From positions 320,001 to 384,000 of the forward strand of contig CBDDIJ010000003.1 in NCBI GenBank assembly GCA_965228855.1: 64,000 bases of DNA, given 5' to 3'. A program made the translations under genes and the position numbers. Positions 1 through 9,757 of the stretch are shown in pieces. The DNA is from Candidatus Obscuribacterales bacterium (GTDB lineage: Bacteria > Cyanobacteriota > Vampirovibrionia > Obscuribacterales > Obscuribacteraceae). Numbering within the stretch: position 1 is the stretch's first letter; each line of letters starts with the position of its first letter. The notes beneath the pieces are model-generated. The model made no database searches. It had not been told where the DNA came from and saw only the letters and a list, made by a program, of their open reading frames with translations.

Positions 1-651
1 CGGCTCCATCATCAAAATCGATGGATAGATATTTAGCGCCTGAATTTTCTCCTTCGCTCTTTGCTCCGGAGATGTGAAACCCGATTCTAAAATGATGGCT
101 TTGCTTTTTCGCCGACGGGCAATCTCGGTGGAAATGCCAGTGCCGACCGATTCTCCGTAAAGCACGATATTTTCCGGCGAATAGTGTTTCTCATTTACAA
201 GATAATCAAAGGCGGCAACTCCGTCGTTGATCACACCGCGGATCGAGGGCTCTCCCGTGCTTTTGCCATAGCCTCGGTAATCGTACGCAAGGACGCTGAT
301 ACCGCAGTCAAGCATAGCTCGTAGTTTTTCAATCCGATTATCGAGGTCGGAAGCGTTGCCGTGACTCATCAGAATTACATCGGGCGTTCCCGATTTTCTG
401 TAAAACATTCCGTTGACAGTCGCACCTTCAACTGGAATCGAAACCTCTTCTGCTTGCACACCGGACAGAACTTTCATGTTGTCGTTGTGCTTCTCAATAT
501 GATTTGGATGAAACAGAATCGCATTTACCAGCGGCTCATTCAGGCGAGGCGACAGGTAGAAATAGAGCCCGATGATCACCAGAACTTGAACCGAAGCGAG
601 AGCTATAATCACCCGCTTCCAAAAACCTTTGGTTTTTAGAAAATTCATCAT
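1..651 (-). CDS. Alpha/beta hydrolase (BEM46/ABHD13-like), membrane-anchored; 3' end runs off the window
   Basis: Not in the ORF track. Manual translation from ATG 651/648: MNFLKTKGFWKRVIIALASVQVLVIIGLYF (TM)...HGNASDL...LAYDYRGYGKSTGEPS...VLYGESVGTG (GxSxG nucleophile elbow). Open to base 1. Confidence 0.85.
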   Translation of the reverse strand, partial: MMNFLKTKGFWKRVIIALASVQVLVIIGLYFYLSPRLNEPLVNAILFHPNHIEKHNDNMKVLSGVQAEEVSIPVEGATVNGMFYRKSGTPDVILMSHGNASDLDNRIEKLRAMLDCGISVLAYDYRGYGKSTGEPSIRGVINDGVAAFDYLVNEKHYSPENIVLYGESVGTGISTEIARRRKSKAIILESGFTSPEQRAKEKIQALNIYPSILMMEP

Positions 652-669
652 TCAAGCAAATCGCCTTTC

Positions 670-3600
670 TTAGAGTCCGCCCTCGATTTCGTCCTCGTCA
701 TCGTAGTCCGAGTAAGGGTCCCATGTATCGGGCTGTTTGCTGGTCGCTGTCGCTCCTTGCGAGAGGCGCTGCTGCTGCGCCTGCTGTGAAGTTGGCGAGA
801 CTGATTGGTGAACAGCTTGCGCTCCCGCTTGTGCTGCCGGAGGTGCCGCCTGCTGCGCTGCGGGCGGAACTGCCTGCGCTGCTGAAGGAGCGGCAGGCGT
901 TTGCTGTGCCGTTGGCTGAGGAGTTTGCGCTGGATTGGAAACTTGTATAGATTGCCCTGGCTGCTGAGACTGCGAGATGGTGCCGCTCAGGTTGGTTCCA
1001 TAAGGCTGTGGCATTTGCCCTTGCACCATATTCGGTGGCATCTGCGATTGCTGGATCTGCGGCTGGGGTTGTGGAGCAGAGAGCTGATTCCCAGTGGCCG
1101 GAACCGGCTGTCCCGCGGCGTATGGACGTGGATAACCCTGACTGTCTGGTGCGCCCGGCTGGCCGAGTTGAACTCCTGCAGGCATTCCCTGGGGACCATT
1201 GGGATTCTGCGGTGGGAGGGGACCGGTGGCGACTTGCGCTGGTGGTAAGTTTTGCGACGCTCCAGCGGGAGTTTGCATGCCCTGTTGGACAGCCTGGTGT
1301 TGCCCAGTAGGCGACCGGTGGGAGTTCTGTTGAGGCATACCGGGTTGCTGGGGCACTGCTGCGTATCCAGTACCGGATGCGGTGCCTGGCTGTGTTGGCA
1401 TCGCGGGGGCACCAGGGTGCTGCGGGACCGATGCATATCCAGTACCGGATGCGGTGCCTTGCTGTGTTGGCATCGAGGGGGCACCAGGGTGCTGCGGGAC
1501 CGCTGCATACCCAGTACCGGATGCGGTGCCTTGCTGTGTTGGCATCGCGGGGGCACCAGGGTGCTGCGGGACCGCTGCATACCCAGTACCGGATGCGGTG
1601 CCTGGCTGTGGTGGCGTCGCTGGGGCACCAGGGTGTTGCGGGACCGCTGCATAACCAGTACCGGATGCGGTGCCTGGATGTGGTGGTATCGCCGGGGTAC
1701 CAGTCGGTTGTTGGACCGCTGCATATCCAGTGCCGGACGCGGCGCCCGGCTGTGCCACCTGAGACGGTGCCATTGGATTTTGCGCAGTTTGGATCGCGGA
1801 TATGTTTGGATGTTGACCTGATGCTTGTTGCAGCTGCGTGCTTTGCTGTGACTGGATACCGTGCGGTATTTGCGACGGCTGCGCCGGTTGTGGTTGACCG
1901 GGGGAAATCTGTCCATGCATTGGTGCGGAGACCTGTGCTGGGATTGCAAGATTTTGCGAAGTCGGCTTCACGAGTCCCGAAAGCTGTTGTGTGGTTGACG
2001 AGGAATTTTGTGCCCCTGTCTGATTCTGCCCTGCGGCTGGACCGAGACCCTGGGAGCTTGACTGTTGAGGGGGAGGCAGCGCCGTGGTTCCTGGCTGCTG
2101 TTGCGCTGGGTTCGTCGGCAGAGAGTTGGATTGTGAATCCGTCCCTTGCGAGACAGCTAGAGGTGAACCGACTTGGGTCGCAGCCGACTGAGAGCTACCA
2201 GGCTGTGGAGAACTTGGTCCCGGAATTCCGAAGCCTCTCTTCTCGGGAAGCCCTGGAACGTAATCGTTTTTTTCCTCTCCGGGCGCATTTTGTTGCGTCG
2301 CTCCGGCAGGAGACGCTTGAGATCCTGCCGCCTGCATGGGGGGCTCGTCCGGAGTCGGGAGCGGTACGCGCACCGGGGCTGGTATCGAGACTGGTGCGCT
2401 CTCTTGCGAGATTGTATGTTCGTCTGAACGCGCAGTTGCCACAGTGGCTTCTTCCACAAATTTGAGCAAGGACTGCGTTCCAGTGCGTTCGCCATCGAAT
2501 CCGCCAGGTGCCACCGCCGGCGATGCCGCAGAGGTGGGCGGACTCACAGGCTTAATCACCGGACCTATGACGGAGGAAATTTTGGACGGCTCCGTTCTTT
2601 GCTCGAAATCTACACCACCATCATGAGGTTCCTGGGACTTCTCGGAAGGTGGAGACGGCTGAGCTTGAACTGGCTGAGCTTGAACTGGCTGAGCTTGAAC
2701 TGGCTGAGCTTGAACTGGCTGAGCTTGAACTGGCTGAGCTTGAACTGGCTGAGCTTGAACTGGCTGAGCTTGCACTGGCTGAGCTTGAACTGGCTGAGCT
2801 TGAACTGGCTGAGCTTGAACTGGCTGAGCTTGAACTGGCTGAGCTTGAACTGGCTGAGCTTGAACTGGCTGAGCTTGCACTGGCTGCGCTTGCACTGGCT
2901 GAGCTTGGACTGGCTGCGCTTGCTCCGGCGGCGCTGGTCGTTGTGATACCGGTCGCGGTGGCAGTGGCGCAGGCGTGCCGCTCGGATGCTCTCCGGCTCT
3001 TGCGAGTGTTGCCGCGAGAGCAACTTTCGCTTGAACCTCTTGAGTTGTTTCTCGCATACTCTTCATCACTGCGCTGAAAATTTCAATGAGAAAAGGATCC
3101 CATTGTTTCCCCGCACCATCCTTCAGTACGCGCAATGCTTCGTCGTGCGTCATCGCGGGACGATATGGTCGCTCACTGATCATCGCGTGATACGAATCGA
3201 CAATTGCGACGATACGAGCCGGTAATGGAATATTCTCGCCCTTCAGACCTTTCGGGTATCCAGTACCATCCCAGCGTTCATGGTGATTTTCCAGGATCTC
3301 GCAAATGTCTTTCAAGGCGCGCACTGGTCGCAGCATCTGGGCACCGAGCGTTGCGTGCTGATTGACCTGCTCTCTTTCTTCTCGAGTCAGTTGACCTTCT
3401 TTGTGCAAGAGTTCTTGTGGTAGCTGAAGTACGCCGACATCGTGAAGCAATCCAGCTACGCGAATCTGTTCCACCTGTTGTGCGGACAAACCCATGACCT
3501 TCGCCAGAAGTTCGCTCATGCGTGCGACTTCCAAATGGTGCTGCTTGTTGTAGTCTGACTTGGCATACAGAGAAGCTGCCAGCGATTTGACCATGTCCAC

Positions 3601-5832
3601 TACTTCAGGAACGAGCTCTTCGTGCTGACGCGCCTCTTCTGATATCACAGGCGGTGTGAAGGGACCATCGCGCAGATCCTTTGCCACATCTTCAGTTTTC
3701 TTGTCTTGTTCCGGTGCCGGCTCGAACATCAAATCAGCGGCCGTGTGCACCTGATCGCGACCCATCCGCTTCGAGAGATACAATGCTTTGTCAGCGAGGT
3801 CGAGCATTGCTTGCTGACTGTCCGCATCATCAGGAAAACTGGCAACGCCGAAACTGCCAGTAATGCTTATTTCGACGTCTTCGTGCTTAATCGGCTCACT
3901 CTTAAGAGCAACACGGATACGTTCGGCCACCACGGTAGCGCCGTCTTGTGTGACTTCAGGCAAAACGAGCAGGAATTCTTCACCGCCGTATCTGACTGGA
4001 ATATCAACGTCACGGCAGCTGTTGCGAATTAGTCTTGCAACGGATTTCAGAACCGTGTCTCCTGCCGGGTGACCGTGCGTGTCATTGATAGATTTGAAAT
4101 GGTCCACGTCCAGCATGATCACGGAGATGCGTCTTTGATAGCGCTCCGCTTGCTTCATTTGATCGGCGAGTTTTTCCTGGCCGGTTCTGTGGTTAAACAG
4201 GCCTGTGAGACCGTCTGTGGTGGCTTGACGTTGAACCGTCGCATACAGGCGAGCGTTAACGACGCCTACTGCAACCTGGTCTACGACCGACTTCATAAAG
4301 GTTTCGTTGATACGGCTCCAATTCGCCTTTGCCTCGCATTTGTAGCCGACAAGGAGCCCTTGAAGTTTTTGCTCGTAGGTAATTGGAATCAGGAACAAAG
4401 ATTGGATCGCAAATCCGGATTTCAAAATCTTGTGAAATGGATCGAGTCGGCGGTCGCTGGCTGCTTCATTCGAAATTATTGCTTGATCTGCCTGGAAGTT
4501 CTTCTTGAAGATTTCGAAGATATCGAGGTCTCGATCGTATGCCACCACTTTGTAGGCTTTGTCCGATACGCACTCAACTCGAATCGTGTCTTCAGGTTCC
4601 GCTTCATTCGGCATGACGATGAAAGTGCTGTCGAGCGAGAACCACCCGGAAAGCGCTTCCAGCATCTCTTCCAGGTTCTCTCGAATGTGAAATGATTTCC
4701 GGATTATGTTACTGATTCGGTGTAACAAATTATCCTGGTGACGCTGAACTTCACCTTCTCGACGCAATTGTTCCAACTGCGAATTGCGTTGAATAGTATC
4801 TTGTCTATCGATTGAGAGCTGTTCGTGCGCCTTCTCCAATCGCTGCGCATAGTCTTCGAGCAGTTGCAATTGCACGGCTAGTTCGCGTTCAGACTTGCGA
4901 TGTCGCAGCGATGAACTGACACGGGCTAGCAACTCAGCATCGAAGCACGAGTCCGGGATGCAGTCGTCCGCTCCGACGTTTAGCCCTTCTACGCGGGCCG
5001 TCGTCGAGTTCTCCGTAACAACGAGAATTACCGGAATGTGTTTCCACTTTGTACTTTCCTTTAGTACTTTGCAAAAGCCGAAGCCTGATGCTCCTTGCAA
5101 GTCGCTGTCGACGAGGATTACATCCACTCTCGCACTTTCAAAAGTTTCCAGCGCTTTCTCACTGGTTTCAGCTTCCAGAACGTGATACGAACTACCGAGA
5201 ATCCGATTAAAACGACGTCTTACCAGTCGGTTGGAATGAACGATCAAAACATTGTCAGCATCGCCTTTGCTGTCCGTCGATTTCAACGACTTAGATGACG
5301 CTGTAAACTCGCCGAACAAGCCAGTTCTGCTAGCCAAGTGCTCTCCCATGAGTTTGAGCGTCATCATGTCCTGCGATGTGATGTCGCGCGACGCGTCAAA
5401 CGATATAACCCGTATGAGTCCCGTCACTTCGCCCTCTCCGGCGCTCGGGTTGCTCAGTACCGGAACAATCATGTATGGAAAACCCTCGGTCTCCTCATCA
5501 AGACCTTGTTCGATATCTTCCACCGAATATGCTTTACCGATCCAAGAACGCCTGGTTTCTTTGACCTTCTGCGCAACTAGTGTGTTTGCCGTGGTAATTG
5601 GTTGCTTATTCTCGTCAAGCAGCGCTTCAACAAATTCGCCTGCCACATCCGCCTCGTCTTCGAAGCAAAATGACGCGACGTTCTTGATTTCATGACCTGC
5701 GGACACGTCGATGAAACCGAAGTCGAAACCCAAAATCTGGCAAATGTGTCGGCGAATCGCATCAAGGAATTCTCCCTTGGATTGCGATTGGTCGTCGTCT
5801 TTTATCGGTAAATTTTCGTCTAAATCGGACAC
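670..5832 (-). CDS. Diguanylate cyclase/HD-GYP phosphodiesterase with pseudo-receiver and GAF domains and a long Pro/Gln-rich C-terminal tail
   Basis: REC-like segment (VILVDSDLQGASGFGFC), coiled coil, GAF, TDGLTGLFN...DVDHFKSINDTHGHPAGD...RDVD...RYGGEEF, LLHDVG...HHERWDGTGYPKGLKGENIP, then a low-complexity tail. Confidence 0.92.
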   Translation of the reverse strand: MSDLDENLPIKDDDQSQSKGEFLDAIRRHICQILGFDFGFIDVSAGHEIKNVASFCFEDEADVAGEFVEALLDENKQPITTANTLVAQKVKETRRSWIGKAYSVEDIEQGLDEETEGFPYMIVPVLSNPSAGEGEVTGLIRVISFDASRDITSQDMMTLKLMGEHLASRTGLFGEFTASSKSLKSTDSKGDADNVLIVHSNRLVRRRFNRILGSSYHVLEAETSEKALETFESARVDVILVDSDLQGASGFGFCKVLKESTKWKHIPVILVVTENSTTARVEGLNVGADDCIPDSCFDAELLARVSSSLRHRKSERELAVQLQLLEDYAQRLEKAHEQLSIDRQDTIQRNSQLEQLRREGEVQRHQDNLLHRISNIIRKSFHIRENLEEMLEALSGWFSLDSTFIVMPNEAEPEDTIRVECVSDKAYKVVAYDRDLDIFEIFKKNFQADQAIISNEAASDRRLDPFHKILKSGFAIQSLFLIPITYEQKLQGLLVGYKCEAKANWSRINETFMKSVVDQVAVGVVNARLYATVQRQATTDGLTGLFNHRTGQEKLADQMKQAERYQRRISVIMLDVDHFKSINDTHGHPAGDTVLKSVARLIRNSCRDVDIPVRYGGEEFLLVLPEVTQDGATVVAERIRVALKSEPIKHEDVEISITGSFGVASFPDDADSQQAMLDLADKALYLSKRMGRDQVHTAADLMFEPAPEQDKKTEDVAKDLRDGPFTPPVISEEARQHEELVPEVVDMVKSLAASLYAKSDYNKQHHLEVARMSELLAKVMGLSAQQVEQIRVAGLLHDVGVLQLPQELLHKEGQLTREEREQVNQHATLGAQMLRPVRALKDICEILENHHERWDGTGYPKGLKGENIPLPARIVAIVDSYHAMISERPYRPAMTHDEALRVLKDGAGKQWDPFLIEIFSAVMKSMRETTQEVQAKVALAATLARAGEHPSGTPAPLPPRPVSQRPAPPEQAQPVQAQPVQAQPVQAQPVQAQPVQAQPVQAQPVQAQPVQAQPVQAQPVQAQPVQAQPVQAQPVQAQPVQAQPVQAQPVQAQPVQAQPSPPSEKSQEPHDGGVDFEQRTEPSKISSVIGPVIKPVSPPTSAASPAVAPGGFDGERTGTQSLLKFVEEATVATARSDEHTISQESAPVSIPAPVRVPLPTPDEPPMQAAGSQASPAGATQQNAPGEEKNDYVPGLPEKRGFGIPGPSSPQPGSSQSAATQVGSPLAVSQGTDSQSNSLPTNPAQQQPGTTALPPPQQSSSQGLGPAAGQNQTGAQNSSSTTQQLSGLVKPTSQNLAIPAQVSAPMHGQISPGQPQPAQPSQIPHGIQSQQSTQLQQASGQHPNISAIQTAQNPMAPSQVAQPGAASGTGYAAVQQPTGTPAIPPHPGTASGTGYAAVPQHPGAPATPPQPGTASGTGYAAVPQHPGAPAMPTQQGTASGTGYAAVPQHPGAPSMPTQQGTASGTGYASVPQHPGAPAMPTQPGTASGTGYAAVPQQPGMPQQNSHRSPTGQHQAVQQGMQTPAGASQNLPPAQVATGPLPPQNPNGPQGMPAGVQLGQPGAPDSQGYPRPYAAGQPVPATGNQLSAPQPQPQIQQSQMPPNMVQGQMPQPYGTNLSGTISQSQQPGQSIQVSNPAQTPQPTAQQTPAAPSAAQAVPPAAQQAAPPAAQAGAQAVHQSVSPTSQQAQQQRLSQGATATSKQPDTWDPYSDYDDEDEIEGGL
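1339..1752 (-). repeat. 72-bp tandem repeat (about 6 copies) encoding PGTASGTGYAAVPQHPGAPAxPxQ
   Basis: CCAGTACCGGATGCGGTGCC recurs at 72-bp spacing (e.g. 1367, 1439); six SGTGY motifs in the protein. Confidence 0.92.
2656..2922 (-). repeat. 15-bp in-frame tandem repeat encoding (QAQPV)x17 + QAQP
   Basis: TGGCTGAGCTTGAAC repeated nearly perfectly over 267 bp with only a few synonymous variants. Confidence 0.97.
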
Positions 5833-6107
5833 TGGATTTTCGTTCTAGCTTATTAGCTGCCATTCTTGCTACGGCGGACAGCTTAATATACCCCCTATTA
5901 CTTAAGCTTATTCAATTCAAATGCGTTTTTCACGCGCTTTTCAAAATTAACCTTTGGAGCCACCGGAATGCGCCACCCTGCTGGACCCCACAGGGTATTA
6001 CCACTGCATATATTTTGTGGAAAACCTTTTGCGCTGTTCGGTTGTGAAGGGGCGAGATCTATTTTTCCGGGCATTATCATTTAAGAACAGCACCCGAGAA
6101 CTGGCAG

Positions 6108-7358
6108 ATGGTCGACGATAACAAAACACCAGAGTCGCTCGTTTCAAAAGAGATAAACGTCATCGAAGGTGCTCAACTCGATGCGCGTCCGGTCCCCACT
6201 CTCGATGAACCCGACCTGCCGCACGGTATGCTTGGTCGAATTCTCGTGAAGCTGAATGTAGCGCAGAGCGGCGCGTCCGTCGTGATCAAAAGCGCTCTAT
6301 TCTTCGTTTTGATAGCGTTCTTGCCATTGCTGGTACTTTGTGTTTTTCAGGGAACTGCTCTTCCAGGCTCGGTAAAGGTGCCACTGCTGGGTGACGCCAT
6401 CACGCTTTCTCGCCTGCTTCTGGTCGCGCCAATCTTGATGTTGTCGGACCTGCTGACGCGTCCCTGGCTTATCAAAGTTGCCGAGCACTTCTTAGGCACA
6501 TTCATCGAGGCTGAAGACGTTGATGAATACAAGTCAATGTTCAAGGGCGTCTTTATGATTCGCAATTCTGTTTTGATCGATGGCTCCTTGTTCGTACTGG
6601 CGTTTGTTTCGTCGGTTTTTCAAGCAAGCATGGTTGTTGCGCTGGACATCTCGAGCTGGCAGCTCATAGGCATACACTCTCATCCGGTGCTATCGATACC
6701 TGGTTGGTGGAATGCGGCGATCTCGCAGCCGCTGTTTCGTTTTGTTATTTTGAGCTGGAGTTTCGATTATTTGTTGTGGGTTTACTTCCTGTTCAAAGTA
6801 TCGCGATTCAAACTGAAGGTAATTGCAACCCATCCTGACGGGGCTGGTGGACTGGCTTTTGTGAGTGTTGCTCAGACGCCATTTTGTATATCCGCATTTG
6901 CGTTGTCTGCTGCGATCAGCAGTGTGGTGGCACATGCGGTGCTTTATACACATATGAAACTGCAATCGTTTACCAATCTCGGAATTGTTTTTCTCGCCCT
7001 GATGCTCTTGATCTTTGTTGGACCTCTGATTGTTTTTACTCCGACCCTGTTACGAACGAAGCTGAAATCGGTTTTCTCTTTTGGCGCGTTATGTCACGAA
7101 ATGAGCACACTATTCGCCGCTAAGTGGTTGGTTCCACGCGCCGAAGGAGACCCCAAAATTCTCGATAGTGCAGATTCGTCCGCCCTCGCCGATTTAAATT
7201 CGAGCTATGTAACAATGAGCAGTATGCGTCCGTTCATTTTTAATCACAAATTTGTAGTGACATTTGCAGTCGCATCGGCGCTTCCCGCACTACCATTGGT
7301 GGCAACAGTAATGCCCCTAAAAGATATACTGATGCAAATTTTAAAAGCGCTGACATAG
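6108..7358 (+). CDS. Multi-pass integral membrane protein of unknown function
   Basis: 416 aa, about 7-8 hydrophobic segments, conserved-looking HPDGAGGLAF and SALADLNSSY motifs. Confidence 0.75.
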   Translation: MVDDNKTPESLVSKEINVIEGAQLDARPVPTLDEPDLPHGMLGRILVKLNVAQSGASVVIKSALFFVLIAFLPLLVLCVFQGTALPGSVKVPLLGDAITLSRLLLVAPILMLSDLLTRPWLIKVAEHFLGTFIEAEDVDEYKSMFKGVFMIRNSVLIDGSLFVLAFVSSVFQASMVVALDISSWQLIGIHSHPVLSIPGWWNAAISQPLFRFVILSWSFDYLLWVYFLFKVSRFKLKVIATHPDGAGGLAFVSVAQTPFCISAFALSAAISSVVAHAVLYTHMKLQSFTNLGIVFLALMLLIFVGPLIVFTPTLLRTKLKSVFSFGALCHEMSTLFAAKWLVPRAEGDPKILDSADSSALADLNSSYVTMSSMRPFIFNHKFVVTFAVASALPALPLVATVMPLKDILMQILKALT

Positions 7359-7377
7359 CTATATAAAGGAAGGGTGA

Positions 7378-8031
7378 GTGGGTTTTAAGCCATTTCTACA
7401 ATGGAGCGAAGATGACTTAAGGGCGACCTTACCGCAGGAATTCTTTGAGCGGAATACCGTTGAGGTTGCGCGTCATCTGCTGGGCACGGTGTTATGCCGA
7501 CGTCTCCCTGACGGGGCGATTTTGCACGGACAAGTTGTTGAGGTGGAAGCCTACACTCACGATGATCCTGCCTGCCATGCGTTTAAAGGCAAGACACCGC
7601 GCTGCGAGGTGATGTTTGGACCGGGGGGGTTCAGCTATGTCTATTTTATCTACGGTATGTACAACTGTTTAAACGTTGTCACCGAAGTTGATGGCGTCGC
7701 TGGTGCCGTTCTTATTCGGGGAGTAGCTGCCGAAGGCACTAATGGTCCCGGCAAACTTTGTCGACAGTGGAGCATCGACCGATCTCATAATGGGTTGAAC
7801 TTGATGGATCCGGAGTCAGAAATCTGGCTTGCGAAGGGGGTGTCGCTAGCCGACGAAGAGATAATCATCACGCAACGAATAGGATTGTCTGTGGCACAAG
7901 ACCAGATGTGGAGGTTTGCCGCGAAGGATCACCCGAGCGTTTCCGGACCCCGCGCCGCGCGTATATCTTCGGAACCTAAAGCAGAAAAATTGCTCCGTCC
8001 AGTCAAGAGAGTGAAGCGCAATGCCAGGTAA
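7378..8031 (+). CDS. mpg: DNA-3-methyladenine glycosylase (MPG/AAG family)
   Basis: FFERNTVEVARHLLG, VEVEAY..DDPACHA, MFGPGG.SYVYFIYGMYNCLNVVT, AVLIRG, NGPGKLC, RIGLS motifs. Confidence 0.92.
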   Translation: MGFKPFLQWSEDDLRATLPQEFFERNTVEVARHLLGTVLCRRLPDGAILHGQVVEVEAYTHDDPACHAFKGKTPRCEVMFGPGGFSYVYFIYGMYNCLNVVTEVDGVAGAVLIRGVAAEGTNGPGKLCRQWSIDRSHNGLNLMDPESEIWLAKGVSLADEEIIITQRIGLSVAQDQMWRFAAKDHPSVSGPRAARISSEPKAEKLLRPVKRVKRNAR

Positions 8032-8512
8032 GCTGGTCCGATGGCTGTGCGTCGTCGCCTGGATGGTAGTCATCTTTGCGTTCTCGCATCAGGCATATTC
8101 TGGAAAAGTAACGGAAAAATATCTTGGTGGCATGAACGTGCCAGTCCGAAAAATGGGACACGTTACAGAATTTATGATTTTGTTTCTCCTCGTGCGATGG
8201 GCACTAGCTGCTCAAAAACGGAGTAGCGAAGATCGCGGTATCATGGGCGGTACCGCAGTCGATACAGAGCAGCGAGTTGCGACTGTTTCACCCACAAAAA
8301 TATTCTTGTCGCCATCAGTTATAGCTTTTGTCTTTGCGATCTCTTATGCGGCGACCGATGAATGGCATCAAAGTTTCGTTCCAGGCAGAAGTTCGAACTG
8401 GACTGATGTTGCTGTTGATGCTAGCGGAGTGACTGTAGGTGCGATTCTTCTGGCGATTGCATTAAGGATCCGCAAGACCACAATAAATCCGTTGGATGTC
8501 CGCAACGAATAG
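8021..8512 (+). CDS. VanZ family membrane protein
   Basis: WMVVIFAFS, VRKMGHVTEF, YAATDEWHQSFVPGRSS..DVAVD. Confidence 0.88.
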   Translation: MPGKLVRWLCVVAWMVVIFAFSHQAYSGKVTEKYLGGMNVPVRKMGHVTEFMILFLLVRWALAAQKRSSEDRGIMGGTAVDTEQRVATVSPTKIFLSPSVIAFVFAISYAATDEWHQSFVPGRSSNWTDVAVDASGVTVGAILLAIALRIRKTTINPLDVRNE

Positions 8513-8576
8513 GGATGAGCAACTTTCCAGGGAATGTGGCACAATAATACCGTTCCCGGGAGCGACCGGTAGCCTA

Positions 8577-9125
8577 ATGAAAACATTCGCGTATTTAACT
8601 AGCTCTGCACTTATTTCTTTGTGGCTCCTGCTGCCGCCGTGTGAGGCAGCGGAGAACGTCGTTGAGCCGCCGTTAGAGAGAAGTAAAACGGTCGGGGACT
8701 TCTACGCGACGGATCCAACATTTCATCCCGATGCTCGAGCCCATCGAAATAAACTTTCTAAGGTTCAAAACGACTGGAATTCGTGGAGTCGATTGGTGAC
8801 TCTCTCATTGGTACGGCTTCTGAATGGTGCCCCCATGGAGCCGTTCAAAGGAAAAGAATTGGCTTGTAAGTTCACCTTTTGCATGACGAAAGACCATAAA
8901 GTCAAAGATGCAAAAATCATTGAACCAAGCAAAGATCCCGTGTTCGATCAGGCGGTTCTAACTCGGGTTGTTGAACTGGAAAAATCTCCGGGGCAGTTTC
9001 CGAAAGCGGCAAAGGAGCGCATAGTACGAGTCACGGCAACTTACTCCTCGAAGCCAAGTTTAACTGACGTCGATGTAACAACGCTGAAAGGCGCTTTGTT
9101 GAATAGAAAGGAATCCTCAAAGTAA
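8577..9125 (+). CDS. Exported protein with TonB C-terminal (TonB_2/TolA-like) domain
   Basis: Signal-like MKTFAYLTSSALISLWLLLPPCEA from ATG 8577; C-terminal FTFCMTKDHKVKDAKIIEPSKDPVFDQAVL..V...FP pattern. Confidence 0.62.
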   Translation: MKTFAYLTSSALISLWLLLPPCEAAENVVEPPLERSKTVGDFYATDPTFHPDARAHRNKLSKVQNDWNSWSRLVTLSLVRLLNGAPMEPFKGKELACKFTFCMTKDHKVKDAKIIEPSKDPVFDQAVLTRVVELEKSPGQFPKAAKERIVRVTATYSSKPSLTDVDVTTLKGALLNRKESSK

Positions 9126-9757
9126 TGGCTGAAATTAAAGCAGTAATATTCGATTACGGAAACGTTCTATGCCATGAGCATCTTGACTCCGATTTGCAGG
9201 AAATGGCTGAGTGCATCGGCGTGGATTGGCAGGCCTTCAAAGACGCTTACTGGCATTACAGGCTTGATTATGATGCCGGAAAGAGTTTTGACTCTCATTA
9301 TTATCAAATGGTGGCAGAGATGTGTGCCGCTTCAATCACTGCTGAGCAGATCAAACAATGCATTGATTTTGATAACGCAGGTTGGAGCAGACCGAATCAA
9401 CCGATGGTCGATTGGGCTCACAGACTGCGTGCGCATGGAACCAAAATTGCCATCCTCTCAAACATGCCGCAGGATTTTCGAGATTTCTTTTCCACTTGTA
9501 CGTGGTTGCCTGAATTTCATCACTCCACTTTCTCTTGTGAGTTGAAATCTGTGAAACCGTCCCCTGAGATTTATCATCACTCCATTAATGGCTTAGGTGT
9601 ACCCGCAGAGAACGTCCTATTCATTGATGATCGCCTGCCCAATATCGAGGCGGCGAAAGAACTGGGTTGGCACGGATTCGCGTTTACAAACGCAAGGGAC
9701 TTGCATGAGTTCATCAAGGATACAAATCTTCCGGCTGTACTTTTGGAAAATAACTGA
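9125..9757 (+). CDS. HAD-superfamily phosphatase (YihX-like)
   Basis: IKAVIFDYGNVL motif I, ILSN motif II, KPSPEIY and FIDDRLPNIEAA motifs III/IV. Confidence 0.9.
   Translation: MAEIKAVIFDYGNVLCHEHLDSDLQEMAECIGVDWQAFKDAYWHYRLDYDAGKSFDSHYYQMVAEMCAASITAEQIKQCIDFDNAGWSRPNQPMVDWAHRLRAHGTKIAILSNMPQDFRDFFSTCTWLPEFHHSTFSCELKSVKPSPEIYHHSINGLGVPAENVLFIDDRLPNIEAAKELGWHGFAFTNARDLHEFIKDTNLPAVLLENN

Noticed and set aside
361..639. 92-aa plus-strand ORF
   Set aside because: Antisense to the alpha/beta hydrolase, which has clear family motifs.
1339..1752. Regularly spaced repeats as a CRISPR array
   Set aside because: The 'spacers' are near-identical, the period is a multiple of 3 inside an open frame, and there are no cas genes.
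2599..3077. ORFs reading (ELAEL)n, (LSLNW)n and (KLSQF)n
   Set aside because: Alternate-frame shadows of the 15-bp QAQPV repeat.
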